DNA of 64,000 bases from contig OZ316894.1 of NCBI GenBank assembly GCA_973895155.1, positions 23,558,709 to 23,622,708 on the forward strand, in the 5' to 3' direction. This document shows, in pieces, positions 24,377 through 37,516 of the stretch. Made by a program: the position numbers and the translations under genes. Positions within the stretch are counted from its first letter, which is position 1. Every line of letters starts with the position of its first letter. This stretch comes from Marsupella aquatica. Taxonomy: Eukaryota > Plantae > Marchantiophyta. Under the pieces are notes generated by a model. That model was not told the DNA's origin, made no database searches, and saw nothing but the letters and a program-made list of their open reading frames with translations.

Positions 24377-25600
24377 TGTTGTGTGATAATCTCCAACTCC
24401 AATCCAACTTTATCCCTCGGATATATATATATATGGTATGAAGGGTTACAAGGTTTCTTAACTAGGGTTAGGTAAGTAACCCTGGTGACTTAACTATGGT
24501 ATTCTAACATTCCCCCTTGATTGTATTATGGGAGTAATGCAAGCAACTCTATACTAGTTAAGTCCTCCAACAAAAGTTTTATGTTTTGTATTTTGTTCTT
24601 ATGGAGGTGTTGCCTCATTAAAACCCTCTCATACTCATGCGAGGGAAAGAGTACAACCACCTTTATAAATAAGAGTACAAAAGTTTGTGGCTATCTAGAG
24701 TTAAGTATTAGTTTTAATCTCTGAGTTTTGATAGTCTGCAGAAGCCTATGCCTTGACACTGATAGTATGTACAGTGTTGGAGTCAAGGCTTTTGTGAATA
24801 AATCTGCATGGTTGTCTTTGCTTGCAATCATCTTCACTTGAATGGTGTCTCCTTGTTGTTCGTGGGTGAAGAAGAATTTTGGTGTGATATGCCTGATGCG
24901 GTCTCCTTTGATGAATCCTTTCGAGACCTGCTCAACACATGCTTGATTGTCTTCGAATAGTGTAGTAGGTTTGGTTAGTGCTGGTAAGCCGCAGTTTGTA
25001 TTAATATGGTCGGTTACTCTTCTTAGCCAAATACACTCTCTTCTAGTTTCATATAATGCAATAATCTCGGCGTGGTTAGATGAAGTGCATGTTAGTGCTT
25101 GTTTAGTGCCTTTCTAGGAAATAGTTGTACGTAAATACGTAACCGGTCTGTGATTTAGCGTCGTCTGGGTATGATAAGTATCCAGCGTCCACGTAGCCTG
25201 TTAAGGTTTTATTAGTGTTATTAACTAGGGAAATATAGTCCCATATCAATAGTTCCTTGGAGGTATCGCATTCTTCTTTTTATGTCATTCCAGTGGTTCA
25301 TGCATATGGTTGTATCCAATAATCCATATAAGTATGCTATTACGACATCCATCTGATACATTTTTAGTCGATGACCTAGGCGAAATCCAACTAGGTATCG
25401 ATAGGTTATTGCATCCATCACTGGTGCGTATGTCAAGTCAAAATCACGCCCAGGTATTTGTGTGTATCCTTTTACGACAAGTCGTGCTTTATATCTTGCA
25501 ACTTAGCTCTCCGGCTTTGGTTGCAATCATTGGTTGTTTCCTTTTGCTCATACTAGTTTGAGAGGTTTGGTTTGCCAGCGGTTTTCAGCTTCTTGAGGTC
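24377..25600 (-). mobile_element. Truncated copia fragment, Bianca-like: short 3' LTR (about 24377-24509) plus degenerate RT/RNase H
   Basis: TGTTG...TAACA next to PPT TTCCCCCTTGA; minus-strand remnants TYAPVMDAITYRYL, QMDVVIAYLYG, RYLQGTIDMGL. Lineage is inferred from the PVMDAIT motif. Confidence 0.75.
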
Positions 25601-26459
25601 TTCCTTTCCTTTCTTTCCTGCCTCCTTCTTTTAGGCAGTTGGTCTGGAAGTCCTTGGTCCTCTTTCCTTAGTTTCTCTCGTGTGCTCCCTCTTTTTTGCC
25701 CCCTTTTTTTTGGCCTTTTTTCAGACAGGTTCATTGTTCTGTTTTTTTCATGGAATAAAGTTTTTGGCTTTGGCCTTGAAAAATACACACCAAATACTAA
25801 ATATATTAAAAACTATTATACACGGTTGCGGTGGTCAGTCAAAAATTTCAAACAAAAGGCATGACACCAAAAGTGAATGAAACATAGTGTGGACCTTTTC
25901 ACACCAAAAAGAATCACATGGTGGGGAAAAAAGACCAAAAATGAAACTAACCCTAAAGCATATAGGAGTATCAAGGCTCAGGTACTCACTTTATAATCAT
26001 GAATGCCCAAGAAAACAATATTCAATAAAAAAAGTAATTGAATGAAGACAAGAAGAATACTTTATTGGTACAAGGAAGAGAGAAGTCACTATAATATCAT
26101 ATATTCTAGAAATCTTATATTTACAAAGTCAATATAAAATGTGAACCAATCCTAGCCCTTCATAAAAAATATTTGTTTTTCCGGAACCGACGGATCCATC
26201 CATACCCCTTTTAATCTCAATTACCTCTGCCCAAGCTACCCAAAGCCTACCCAAACCTGACCAAGATAAATAATTATATTAATATTAATAAAAACTAATA
26301 ATTGAAATTTAGATTTAAGGAATAAAAAACACACTTTTTTCTATCACTCGGTTGTGTTTGGACTCTATGTTGCGGTGATTGTTGTCTTGCATCTCCAATG
26401 TCTATATATGTGCAATACACGAGTTTGTTGAAAACCACCACAACAACTTTATCTTACCT

Positions 26460-27185
26460 TCACAAAATTTTCTCATTTTTCTCATCGTGTCATTTTTTTC
26501 ACATTGACATCTTTATCTCAACATGACCATTTTTTCTTACCCTCACATATTTTCAGTCTTTGATTTGTTTCTCTCCTCAACATCTTTTCTCACCTGACTT
26601 GACATCTTTCCCTCACCTCCACATCTTTTCTCACCTTGATATCTTATATTTTTCTCACCTTACATCTTTATCTCACCACACCATCTTCTCTCACCCTTGA
26701 CATCTTTTTCTCATCTTTACATCTGACTTTTTCTCACCTTGTCATGTTTTCTATCCTTCACATCTTTTTTGACATTGACTGATTTTCCTCCCTTCAACAT
26801 CGATCTCTTTTTCTCATTAACATTTTTTTTCACCTTGACATCTAGCCTTTTCTCACCTCCACATTTTTATCTCACCCCAACATCTTTCTTTCACCCTCAA
26901 TTTCTTTTCTCTCCTCTACATATTTTCCTCATCTTCACTTATTTTTCTCACCTTGCCATCTTTTCTCTCCTTGACATATTTTTCCTCAACTCGACTTCTT
27001 TTTCTCAACTCGACATTTCTTTTTGTCATCGACGTCTTTGTTCACCTCAACATCTTCTCCCCTTGACATCTTTTTCTCACTTCAAGTTCTTTTTCTCAAC
27101 TGGATATATTTTTTCACCTCGACATCTTTTTCTCACCACACCATCTTTTGTACAATTTTTGTCTTATCAACATCTTTTTAACTTA
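26460..27185. repeat. Degenerate pyrimidine-rich minisatellite (about 19-20 bp, ACATCTTTTTCTCACCT-like)
   Basis: Dozens of variant copies; explains the Phe/Ser-rich spurious ORF at 26739-27206. Confidence 0.8.
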
Positions 27186-28175
27186 ATGACATTGTGGGCA
27201 ACATGACGTCTCTTTTCCTAAGTACATTTTGGGTACCACGACATCTTTGTTCTTAATGATATCTTGGCCGACACCATATTTGTTTTTCCTAATGATGTTA
27301 AGGATTGCTCTTAGTCTTGTGACTCAAAGGTTACGGCACTTAGGCTAACCACAGTTAGGGTCTTAGCTGAGGTTAGGTTAGTCGTGTGTGACCTTGTATA
27401 TACCCGGGCTAGTGTAAGCCGCTGGGGGGTGGTGCTTACTCATTATAACAAAGTGACTTGAGAGAGAGTGAGCTCATGTGTGGAGATTACTCTTGAAGTA
27501 AAGCTTTCATGTTCGTGTGGACGTAGCCTTGGAGAAGAAGTGAACCACGTATTGGATTGTGTCGACTACGTGTGCATGGAATTAGTCATGATCTTATTGT
27601 CAAGGAGGACATCATAGTTCAACAAATGACACCTTGGGCGACATGACATCTTTTTTTCACCCCATCTTGGGCTCCACAATACTTTTTTTCTTAACGACGT
27701 CTTGGGTGACATGCATGACATTTCTTTTCTTAATTAATGATATTTTGGTGCCACAATATCTTTATTCTTAATAACACCTCGGGTGACACGACATTTTTTA
27801 CTTCAGTCATCTTTGGCAATTACTATGATATTTTTCTTAACGACATCTTGGGCGGCACCACATCATTTTTCCTTAACGACATCTTAGGCTACACCACATC
27901 TTGGGCGGCACCACTTTTTTTGTCTTAACGACATCAATATTTTGTTTTATTTTATCTTAAAAAATTTTAAGGACATCTTTTTTATTAATGACATTTTGGG
28001 CGTCATGATATCTTTTTTCTTAATGACATCTAAGGCGACACTACCTTTTTTTTTCCATGACATATTGGCCAACATCACATCTTTTTTTCTTACTTTTTTC
28101 CTTAATGACATCTTTGGTGACAGAATATGGTTTTTCCTTAACCACATCTTGAGGGACACAACATCTTTTTTTCTT
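27180..28175. repeat. Degenerate tandem repeat of about 35 bp (CTTAATGACATCTTGGGCGACACGACATCTTTTTTT-like), interrupted by a solo LTR
   Basis: Many variant copies on both sides of 27296-27624. Confidence 0.8.
27296..27624 (+). mobile_element. Solo LTR (329 bp) related to the LTR of copia element 2
   Basis: TGTTA...CAACA termini; TSD AATGA at 27291-27295 and 27625-27629; shares GTGGACGTAGCC, GTGAACCACGTA and TGTGTCGACTAC with the reverse complement of the 19393 LTR. Confidence 0.92.
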
Positions 28176-28339
28176 CAGAGAATCTTATATATATACATCC
28201 AAGATGTCTACTCCTCTAGTCCACTCAGTCAGGTTCAATGGAGAAAGCTCATTCTCAAGGCCAGGTCGTCTCCATCTAGTCGACTGCACGTTTATCAACC
28301 ATTCCGAGGACGACAGCCTCCTCACATCTATAATTTCAT

Positions 28340-28810
28340 AGGATTTAGAATAAAAGGAGACTGAAATCGACGCACATCATTCTGTCCAGAGGAGAAGGAG
28401 TAGGTCTTTCATTCGTTGATGTTTTCGGTGTCACAGGAAATCAATCAGTGAGCTGCTGTGGATTTAGAAGTTCATGGGATTTAGAATGAGTGTGGCATAT
28501 CTGCTAACCATTCTGTCCAGAGTTTAGGGAGCAGGTCTTTCATTCATTTCACGGTGGTTTTGCCACAGGAAATCGATGTGTGAGCTGCTGTGGATTTAGA
28601 ATGCGGGTGACATCCCTGCTCATCATTCTGTTTGGAGGTGACTTTAGGGAGCAGGTCTTTCAGTCGTCTGTGTTTTTGTCACAGGAATTCAATGAATCAC
28701 GAGCTCCTGTGGATTTAGAATGAGAGTGACACCACTGCACAGCATCGTGTCCAGAGTAGATTTTAGGTGGTCATTCGTTTGACTGTGGTTTTGCCACAGG
28801 AAATCAGTGA
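28340..28810. repeat. About 4 diverged copies of a 120-130 bp unit directly upstream of the P450 gene
   Basis: Recurring GGATTTAGAA...TGTCCAGAG...GGTCTTTCA...CACAGGAAAT...GAGCTGCTGT. Confidence 0.8.
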
Positions 28811-28961
28811 TGTACTTCCAGGAAGGGCGTCATTTGAGCTATTGGCTCGAGTCAAGTTTTGGATAGGAGTATTGGATCGACACCTTGGGTTTGTGGTGAT
28901 ACAGCTTGGGGGTCGGTATTCAAACAAGGAGTTTATAGCAAACATCACGGGGACCAAAATC

Positions 28962-31900
28962 ATGGAGCAGCTGAGAACGCTTTCCGAGCCGAAAGCATGG
29001 GGAGCAGTGGTGGCGACATTTGTAGTGGTGTTCTTTCTGGCGAAATTCTTCACGAGGAAAAAATCGATGAAGCTTCCGCCAGGGCCAACGAACTATCCCA
29101 TCTTCGGAGCCATGTTCTCCATGGGCACGGACCTTCACCGGGTGTTCACAAGCCTGTCTGACAAGTATGGGCCGGTCCTATACTTCAAGCTCGGCGTGCT
29201 TCCGATTGTGGTGGTCTCGTCGGCCGAGGTGGCTGAAGAGCTTCTCAAGCACAGGGATGCGGAGTTCGCATCTCGAGCTCACAACCAGATTCTCTACTCC
29301 ACGGCCAAGTACTTCGGCTTTGGAGCGCAGGGAATTGGTTTCGCTGCGAACACCCCTGTACTGCAGCGGCTGAGGAGAATCGCCACCACAGAGCTGCTTT
29401 CCCACTCGAAGATCATGAGCGATAGTTCCATCAAGGTGCGCAAAAACACTCCTATTCAGTTGCTCCTATTCAGTTGAAGCTCCCAATTAGCGCACTGAAT
29501 CATTCCAACTTCTACCCGAACTTCGCTTTGACTCAAAGAAGACCTGATTGATAGATAGTCTGGTCTCATCCCTGGTCTCATCAAATGGATCATCTTCCCA
29601 TTTCCCAACAGCAGGAATTGTGGAAATTTTCTTGAATTTCTTGTCAGCGGTTCGAGCTAGAACCTCATCAAAAGTGTTCTCCCAGGATTAGTAGTCTAAC
29701 TCTTCATGATTTATTCGGCTTCCTCGCAAGCACTGCTGACATCACAACGAAGGATATTTTACCTCATCGCATGAAGCAAACCCATCTTCACGTGACGCTC
29801 TCTGCATATTCCTGAGATTCCGAGTTCCTGAGCTGTAGTGTGCGAATGCGTTACTGAAATTGTTAACTTATTAGGATTTCTTCGAAAATGAATTTTTTTA
29901 GAGAAATTATTCTCCCTAAATGGATTGCCCGTACTCAGGCCGTGGACAGGTTTCTCACTGAATCATGAGGCTCGGTACCGCCAAGCATTTCAGTTCGCAT
30001 TTCTCACTGAATCCCTTGAACATGGATTCAGTGAGAAATGCGAACTGAAATGCTTGGCGGTACCGAGCCTCATGATTTAAACGGCCGAAGTGTTTCTCAT
30101 GCATGGACTGAATTTGATTGTTCCCATGTTTACAGATCCGTAACGAAGAGCTTGGAGCATTGGTGAGAGACATCAACAGCGTTTCCCAGAAGGGACAACC
30201 CATCAGGCTGGGACAAATCATTCACGGGATGACGATGAACACCGTGTCTCGTGTCCTCTTCGGAAAGCGGTATTACGGATCAGACATGCCTGCTACGAAA
30301 GAGCTGATGGAGTTCAAGAACTTAATGATCGACATGACCGCCACAGCCGGGAAGCTGAACGTTTCAGACCTCCTACCTGCCCTCCGAAGTTTGGACCCGC
30401 AAGGCCTCACAAAGGAGTTCGCCGAGCTTCATGCAAGACAACGACGCACCGTCCGTGAAATCCTGGATGACCACAAGAAGAACAGCAAGGCATCATCCGA
30501 GACCCACGACTTCGTTGATGCTCTTCTCGCTTTGGACGGAGAAGACAGACTCACCGACGAGCAAATGATGGGTACCATCAGCGTAAGTCAGAGCACTTAG
30601 TTTCCAGTACTTTCCATAGCTTTTTCGTGTTGGAATCAAAGAAAGGGAACAGTGTACTAAATATTGCAGACGTCTACCACGGCGAAGTCAGAGCTCTTTC
30701 CAATCACGATAAAAAAAATCCCATAGCTTCGTTGTTGTTGCATTGGAACTCAAAGAAAAGGAACAATTTACGACATCTACCATTAGCGGGAGTTAGAGCA
30801 CTTTCCAATCACGGTCTTAAACCATTCCGTAGCTTCGTTGTTGTTGCGTTTTAAATCCAAGAAAAGGAAACAATTTACTTAAAAGCGCAGATGTCTACTA
30901 TTAATTTAAGTCATAGCACTTTCTAATCACGGTCTTAAAGCATTCCATGACTCCGTTGTTGTTGCGTTTTAAACCAAAGAAAAGGAACAATTTACTCAAA
31001 ACTGCAGATGTCTACCATTTAATTCAAGTCAGAGCACTTTCCCAACAACGGCATTGTAAAACATTCCATAGCTTCGTTGTTTTGCATTTAGAATCAAAGG
31101 AACAATTTATTTAAAAACAATTTATTGAAAAAGTGCAATATAGTAAAAGCAAAAGATTTTGCGTGCCAATCTTTGTTGTTTTTGCGTGCCAGGAAGGAGG
31201 CGTACGGCCTGCCTCCTCCCTGGCTCTGGGGCATAATTCTTGGGGCCCTTTTCTTTCTTTTCCTCCCCTTCATTTGGTTGCTTTGCCTTTGGTTCATGTG
31301 TCCAGGTTTGGTATTTTCATTGGGTTGCTTTGCCTTTGGATATCTCCAGGTTTAGTACTTTTTGCCCTTGGGCACAATCACATAAAATAAACAAATGGAT
31401 CATTTCACTAAAATGTACAAAACAAGTCACAACAGAGTAAAGCTCTAGAGAGGACAAACAGGAAACTTCAAAGAAGAAAGCAAATGCAAAAGTAACCCCA
31501 AGAACATAGAAAGAAGAAAAAATGAAAAAGTCTATGCATGCAAGTGTGATAATCTATAATACATATTTAGTGTCATAACTAAGTCTCCACATGGGATATG
31601 GATGTATGCTAAAGGGGCAAGATTCTATTGAGGTGCACTAGTAGTACTGTGTCTGTGAGTCATCAAAATATATGCTGGAACCCGGCCTCAAAAAGGCCTA
31701 AAGCACTACTCGCTGAATAGACTTAGCCCCCTAACCACTTCGTTAAATAGGAAAGGTCTTGGTTAGTCAGTCATAATGAAAGTACCACAAAGGTGTACCA
31801 TGATTCTATCGACTCTTTTAAATTCTAACCAATTGACAAGGGTGAAGAAAAGGAATCAAGAAGGCCATGGATCTAACGGCGAGGGCAGGCCGGGAGCTTA

Positions 31901-33485
31901 TCTAGCCCTGTGTTGTACAGTCAACATTCACCGAAAGTTTGCATGCCCCATTCTAGCTTTGCTACCTTAAATCTGATATCACAAAGTAACTATCAGTACG
32001 TACGCAAGACTATTTGCGTGCCCATTCTAGCTCTGCATCTGACACCACAAACTCAACGTCTACACTCATCAGTGTGCCACTTGCTTTCTCCCTTTTAGAG
32101 GGTCTCCTATCTCTCTGCTGAGCACTTATTTTCTCCCATTTGTAGGGTCTCCTGTTCCCTGTTTAGCATGATGTGGTAGTACAGTGACTACATTGTCTTC
32201 TTCGCTTTATTCCCTTTAGTGTGTCGATTCTCTTCTTCCCTTTATTCCCTTTAGTGTGTCGATTTCTCTTCTTCCCTTTATTCCCTTTAGTGTGTCGTTT
32301 CCTCTCCTTTATTGGGTCTCCTGTTTGGCACATTCTGTTCTTGTGGGGGAGGTGCTAGTTAGGGTCTGGATTCGGCTAGGCACTTTTCGTTCTTTGGGCA
32401 GGGATGTTAGCTAGGGTGTGGATTTGGCACACTGACGTATATAATCTAACTACAGTAGGTTTTAGCTCGGGTTTAGGGAGTCCAGCAATAAGCAAACTAT
32501 GAAGGTTTATCAGAAGATTTTACCATAGTTACAACGAAAAGCAATCACAGAACTGGATCTGGTATTGGAAGCATAAGAACCACTCCACTTCCAGTACTAC
32601 AGTGACAAAACATCCTGATTGGGAGTTTCGTGGGAATGAGAAATTAGTGGCGTGTTCAGAGTTGATGGTAATTGTACATGACGTGTGACATTCTTTGCTG
32701 ATCACCATCTCACCACGATCTTGTTGAGTACAACTGTCAGCCACACTTTGGCAATGCAGAGATTTTAGCCTTTGCACAGGGCCACAAGTGATAACGGGGT
32801 GGTTCGCGTGGTCTGCGGCTTTGGTTCATTGCAGGACATGCTTATCGGCGGAACAGACACTTCGTCCGTCACATGCGAGTGGACTTTCGTTGAACTTCTT
32901 CGTCACCCAGATATTCTGTCCAAGCTGTATGCAGAGGTTGAAAGTGCCGTCGGCAAAAATCGAGCTGTGAATGAGGCAGATGTTGCCAACTTGCCATACC
33001 TCCAGGCTGTAGCCAAAGAGATCCTCCGTATGTACCCACCTCTGACCACCACCATTCCCCGAATGAACGAGCATTCGGCAACTAAGCTGGGCGGCTACGA
33101 CATTCCCCAAAACTCCTCGGTGTTTGTCAACCTCTGGGCCTTAGGCAGGGACCCAGCTCACTGGGAAAAGCCAGAAGAGTTCATTCCTGAGAGGTTTCTG
33201 AACTCGGACATCACCGGCACGGGCACGGGCACGGGCACAAACTACCAGTACCTTCCATTCAGTGCAGGACGTAGAAGGTGTCCGGGCATTCTCATGGGCC
33301 AGCTAACAGTGCGCATGATCCTTGCCACTCTATTACAGGCCTTCGATTTCCAACCTCCAGAAGGCAAGAAGCCCTCTGAAGTCAGCAACAGAGATCTCTA
33401 CGGCATGGTTCTGCGGCCCAAGGAACCCTTATATGTGGAGGTTAAGCTCAAAGTTCCTCTGGATATATACGGATATTACAAGTAG
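28962..33485 (+). CDS. Cytochrome P450, CYP71 clan (A-type), about 523 aa; exons 28962-29435, 30136-30582, 32835-33485
   Basis: N-terminal TM helix, LPPGP hinge, I-helix GGTDTS, ExxR (EILR), PERF, haem motif PFSAGRRRCPG; GT/AG phase-0 introns join in frame. Confidence 0.93.
29961..30077. repeat. Perfect 54-bp inverted repeat with 9-nt loop in P450 intron 1
   Basis: Arm 29961-30014 is the reverse complement of arm 30024-30077; loop CTTGAACAT. Confidence 0.95.
30590..31110. repeat. About 4.5 diverged copies of a 105-120 bp unit at the start of P450 intron 2
   Basis: Recurring AAGAAAAGGAACAATTTA...GCAGATGTCTAC...AGAGCACTTTCCAATCACG...CCATAGCTTCGTTGTT. Confidence 0.85.
31110..32430. mobile_element. 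Probable non-coding retroelement fragment in P450 intron 2
   Basis: Abrupt break in the intronic array, altered composition, internal TTATTCCCTTTAGTGTGTCG x3 (about 32207-32300) and CTTGTGGGGGAG. No TSD or coding motif found. Confidence 0.35.
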
Positions 33486-34458
33486 AATTTCTACGTTAGT
33501 GACAGACGTCCTTCAGTGTTCTCAATCTGTGAGCATGTGTAATAATTCAGTCATGTAAACCTTACGACTCGACAGAGGAGAATTCTGTCTGTGAACAGTT
33601 ACAAATGTGCAAGACACTTATTGTCATTGAAGTGTATGTTACGGAGTATTACAGAAACACCCTTTTGACGATAAAAAAGAACGGGATTAAGAAAGAGGTG
33701 TAGATTTCAGAACCCGGATCAATGTATAAATAAAATAGGCTCCAGCACCGAAGCTAGGTGCCAAACATTTGCTTCTGGCTCAAATTCAAGGTACGAAATA
33801 TCGCAACCCTTCTCAAGGAGATCTGTCTAGATCTCCAATGAATAACTTAATACCTAGAAAGCTCTAGCCATTACATGACTCCCACGTGGATTGATGATGC
33901 CAATCACAAATACGAACAAAACCAAATATTTGCTTCCAGCTCAATCCCAACATATGAACCGTTGCAACTTTACTAAAGGGGTTCTTCTTACATACCTGAT
34001 GCATGACTAAGGACCTAGAAAGCTCGCTACGGCGTACTGTTCGCGGAAAAACTTCAGCACGAATAAAGATAGCCCGTCACTATTCCAGTGCCGTGTCTAT
34101 GGTCTGAAAATTATTCTGGACTGAATGCAACATGTAGTAAATGTACAACACCAGTCATACAAACTCTCCCTTCTAATCTGCAAATTGGCTGTGCCCGAAT
34201 CCGTTGTAAAATTTCTCGAGAATTGGCGTTCAAGTTACCCATACTCATACTACTCTCATGATAATTACTACAATGCAAAATTTGGTTTGCCACTGATTTT
34301 AGCAACCAGATGACAACCACTCAAACCTACTCGACCTCGGGGAAACCCAGAAAGTAGGTTTGAGAGTCCGTGACCAACCCTCATTTCACATGACTTCAAT
34401 GGCATGAAAACACAATTAACACGACTTGCAGGTATGCCCAGCATGTACATTACCCTGA

Positions 34459-37400
34459 TTACTGGCCCTGTTGTAGAAAAGCCCGGACTCTGGTTGGAAG
34501 CCCATAGAGACGGATAAAACCAGCAGCATCAGCTTGATCATAAATTCCACTGCCTTCCTCAAATGAAGAAATGTCCTGTCTATAAAGACTGTTGGGACTT
34601 GTCCGGCTTGCAATGGTTACGGAACCCTTGTAGAGTTTCAAAGTCACACTTCCCGATGTAGTTGCCGACACTTTCTCCATGAATGCGTCCATCGACTCCC
34701 TCAGTGGATCAAACCATCTTCCGGCATATACCAACTCTGCATACTTTAGGGCAAGGGAGTCCTTGATTTGAATTGTTTCTCGGTCAAGAGTGAGGGACTC
34801 CAGTTCTCGACATGCCGCTGTTAGGATAGTACCTCCTGGCGTTTCATACACACCCCTACTCTTCATGCCTACCAATCGGTTCTCAACCATATCGACCCTT
34901 CCAATCCCATGCCGCCCTCCAATCTCGTTCAGTTCTGCTAGCATAGTTGCTGGAGATAGTACCTTGCCATTGAGAGACACTGGATAGCCAGCTTCAATAC
35001 CAATCTCAAGATACCTGCACGACAGTCCCCCTTTGATCATTATCCATCTCTTTGATGTTGAAAGAAAAGTGTTCACTACATTCCTTCAGGGACATTGACC
35101 ATGAAATCGATAGCTCTGGGACACCCACAGTGACACTCGCAAAAAACGAAGAAAGAGTCCAAAACATGCTCAATACCAAGAAGCATCTACGAACAACTTG
35201 GCATGTGAAGTCGTAGACCATGCTCTCTATCAAGGATTATGGAAAACGCGTAATCTTTTGACAACAGAACCTTTCATGTGGGTATGTAACGGAGAAAACT
35301 CACTCGGGTGTATTAGGAGCGTCCTCTGGGTCGACACTCATCACGAACATGTCTTTCTTGGGCTCATTACCAGGATCTTCCAGAATATCACCCTGCAATC
35401 AACAACATTTCTCGTTTGGTAAAATGCTTCTGGATTAAGATATGAGTTCGCGAATTGCAGTAAGCTTTATCTGTAACTCAATAAGAAATTGACGTTAAAT
35501 TACCTCATGACTTATGTGCCACAAGTTGCGATCTCTGCTGTATATAGATTTCTTTGTCACTGGCACAGGAACATTGTGCTTCTTTGCGTACTCAATAGCA
35601 TCTTCCCGACCTTTGATGTCCCACTCTCGCCATGGTGCCACAACATGAAGCTTTGGGTTCAGGGCAAAAAATGTCAACTCAAACCTCACCTGCAAAATAG
35701 AAATTCAGTAAGGATCAGATAAATGCTTCACTGCAATCCATGAGATGCCTGGGTGCTGATCTATTCAAATTGAAATATCAATAATAATGTCATTCCAGAT
35801 ATTTCACAACGTTCTCTTAGTCTTACACGCCATTCAACCGCTTAAGAAAGGGATCAAACGTAGGAGTAATCATCAACTGAGAATCAGACTTGAAATCTTA
35901 AGAACTGTTTGACGTACCTGGTCGTTTCCCTTCCCAGTACAGCCATGCGCCACTGCATCTGCACCAACTTCCCGTGCCGCATCAACCATAGCCTACACCA
36001 GCACCACAGAAATGTATTCAGCTCTACAATGACAAAAAAACCTTCATCGAAGGCAGACAGCACAACCCGGACACGGGAAAGAACAATAAACGCGCAACTT
36101 GTCATACATTTCAACTGGTTCCAGGCAATCATTTTCACAGGAAGCCTCAGCCGCACGGAACACAAAGCCCTGCCACTACACACAAGGGCGATCAAACCAG
36201 ATTGTCTAAAACGCAAATCCATTCCGTTTCGCACACCTTTGCAATAATTGGACGCGCCATTGATGTGCCGAGCAGGTACTTTCTCTCATAGACTGCACCA
36301 GCCCGCAAGCAAGGGTAAATGTAATCTTTGACAAATTCTTCCTTCAAATCCCCAATGATGAGCTGACTTGCACCACTCGCTTTTGCTTTTGCTTCAAGTC
36401 CATCCGTTTCCCCCACACCCTGCAGTTATCAACATTCATAATTAACGACTAACCCATATTCCACAACATAATCAATGATGTATTCTCCATCTCCAGACTT
36501 GCAAAAACAAGGCATGCCCTTCTCCAATTCCGACACTAGTTCACCGCATGCATACAAGCTGGTCATTGACTTGAGACTGAACCACTATGGGACACGAGCA
36601 GAGAGTAACTAGGGAAAGGCACTCGAAGCTCTTACTTGGCCAACATCAGCGGTGAAACAGACTACCTCACAGCCGTAGTTCTCCCTGCAAATACAACTTG
36701 AGCTTTTAGTGAACTTAGCTCTCCAACCACTGAACCAGTGACATGCTCGGTACAGAAATGCAGGATAAGTAGGCTGAAATTCATGCAACTGCAACCTCTT
36801 TCCCAAGGATAAGCTAATAATACGACTAGCACCCACTCCAAGATATCCCTCACTAGAAAAGATCAAGACTACCGGTTGGACAGCTCACCTCAACCAGGGC
36901 ACAATTACGGAGGTGTCGAGTCCACCACTGTAAGCCAAAACAACCTTGTTCAATTTGCCTCGGATCCCGCCTTCTGGTTTCGATCCTGCAGACACTTTCA
37001 CTTCTTTGTCTTCTGCTAGGACTGCTCGGGCTCCTGCGAAGAAATAACTGCAATGTTGATTCCACATCGTAAAGTAGCAAGCACGCAGGAGAATGTAGAA
37101 AGCAAAGACAAACTCTCCACTCAATAGACACTTGGAAAACCAATTTCGATGATACAGTACGCACGGCCCAACCCCAATTGCAGACAGGTAAGATATCTTA
37201 AGTTTCTGTTGGGAAGAAACCCTAGACTCCAACAGATGACAACGCCATACAATCTAGATCAAGCATTATTGTCACGCAGACCACAGAAAAGTTTCTCTTG
37301 AAGGACCACTTCTACTACAGTAGACACGAATACCGGAAACCCACCTGAAATGGGAAAAACGGAGGAACGGCATCGGACAGTCCTCGAATTTCTCAAAGAG

Positions 37401-37516
37401 CAGTCGCTACGGCCTCCGGTCGAGACCCACACCTGGGTTGCTCCAGCCGTCTGCTGCCGCGCAGCAACGGATCCGAGTGCAGCAGCACCGACGATCGTAG
37501 CTGAAACCGCGGCCAT
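34459..37516 (-). CDS. ASS: Argininosuccinate synthase, plastid-targeted, about 9 exons
   Basis: Transit-peptide-like [16 protein letters not shown]; [87 protein letters not shown]; canonical splice sites. The N-terminal exons are less certain. Confidence 0.96.

Noticed and set aside
19388-24381. Same GATAT 5-mer next to the LTRs at 19393 and 24377
   Set aside because: Both lie on the same side of different LTRs, so they cannot form a TSD pair; treated as coincidence.
26739-28364. Phe-rich ORFs of 155 and 140 aa
   Set aside because: Translations of pyrimidine-rich minisatellites.
28767-28961. N-terminal extension of the P450 ORF in the ORF track
   Set aside because: Starts at a non-ATG codon inside the upstream repeat; ATG 28962 precedes the TM anchor and gives a normal P450 length.
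29640-29670. GGTTCGA tRNA T-loop-like motif
   Set aside because: No cloverleaf or A box around it.
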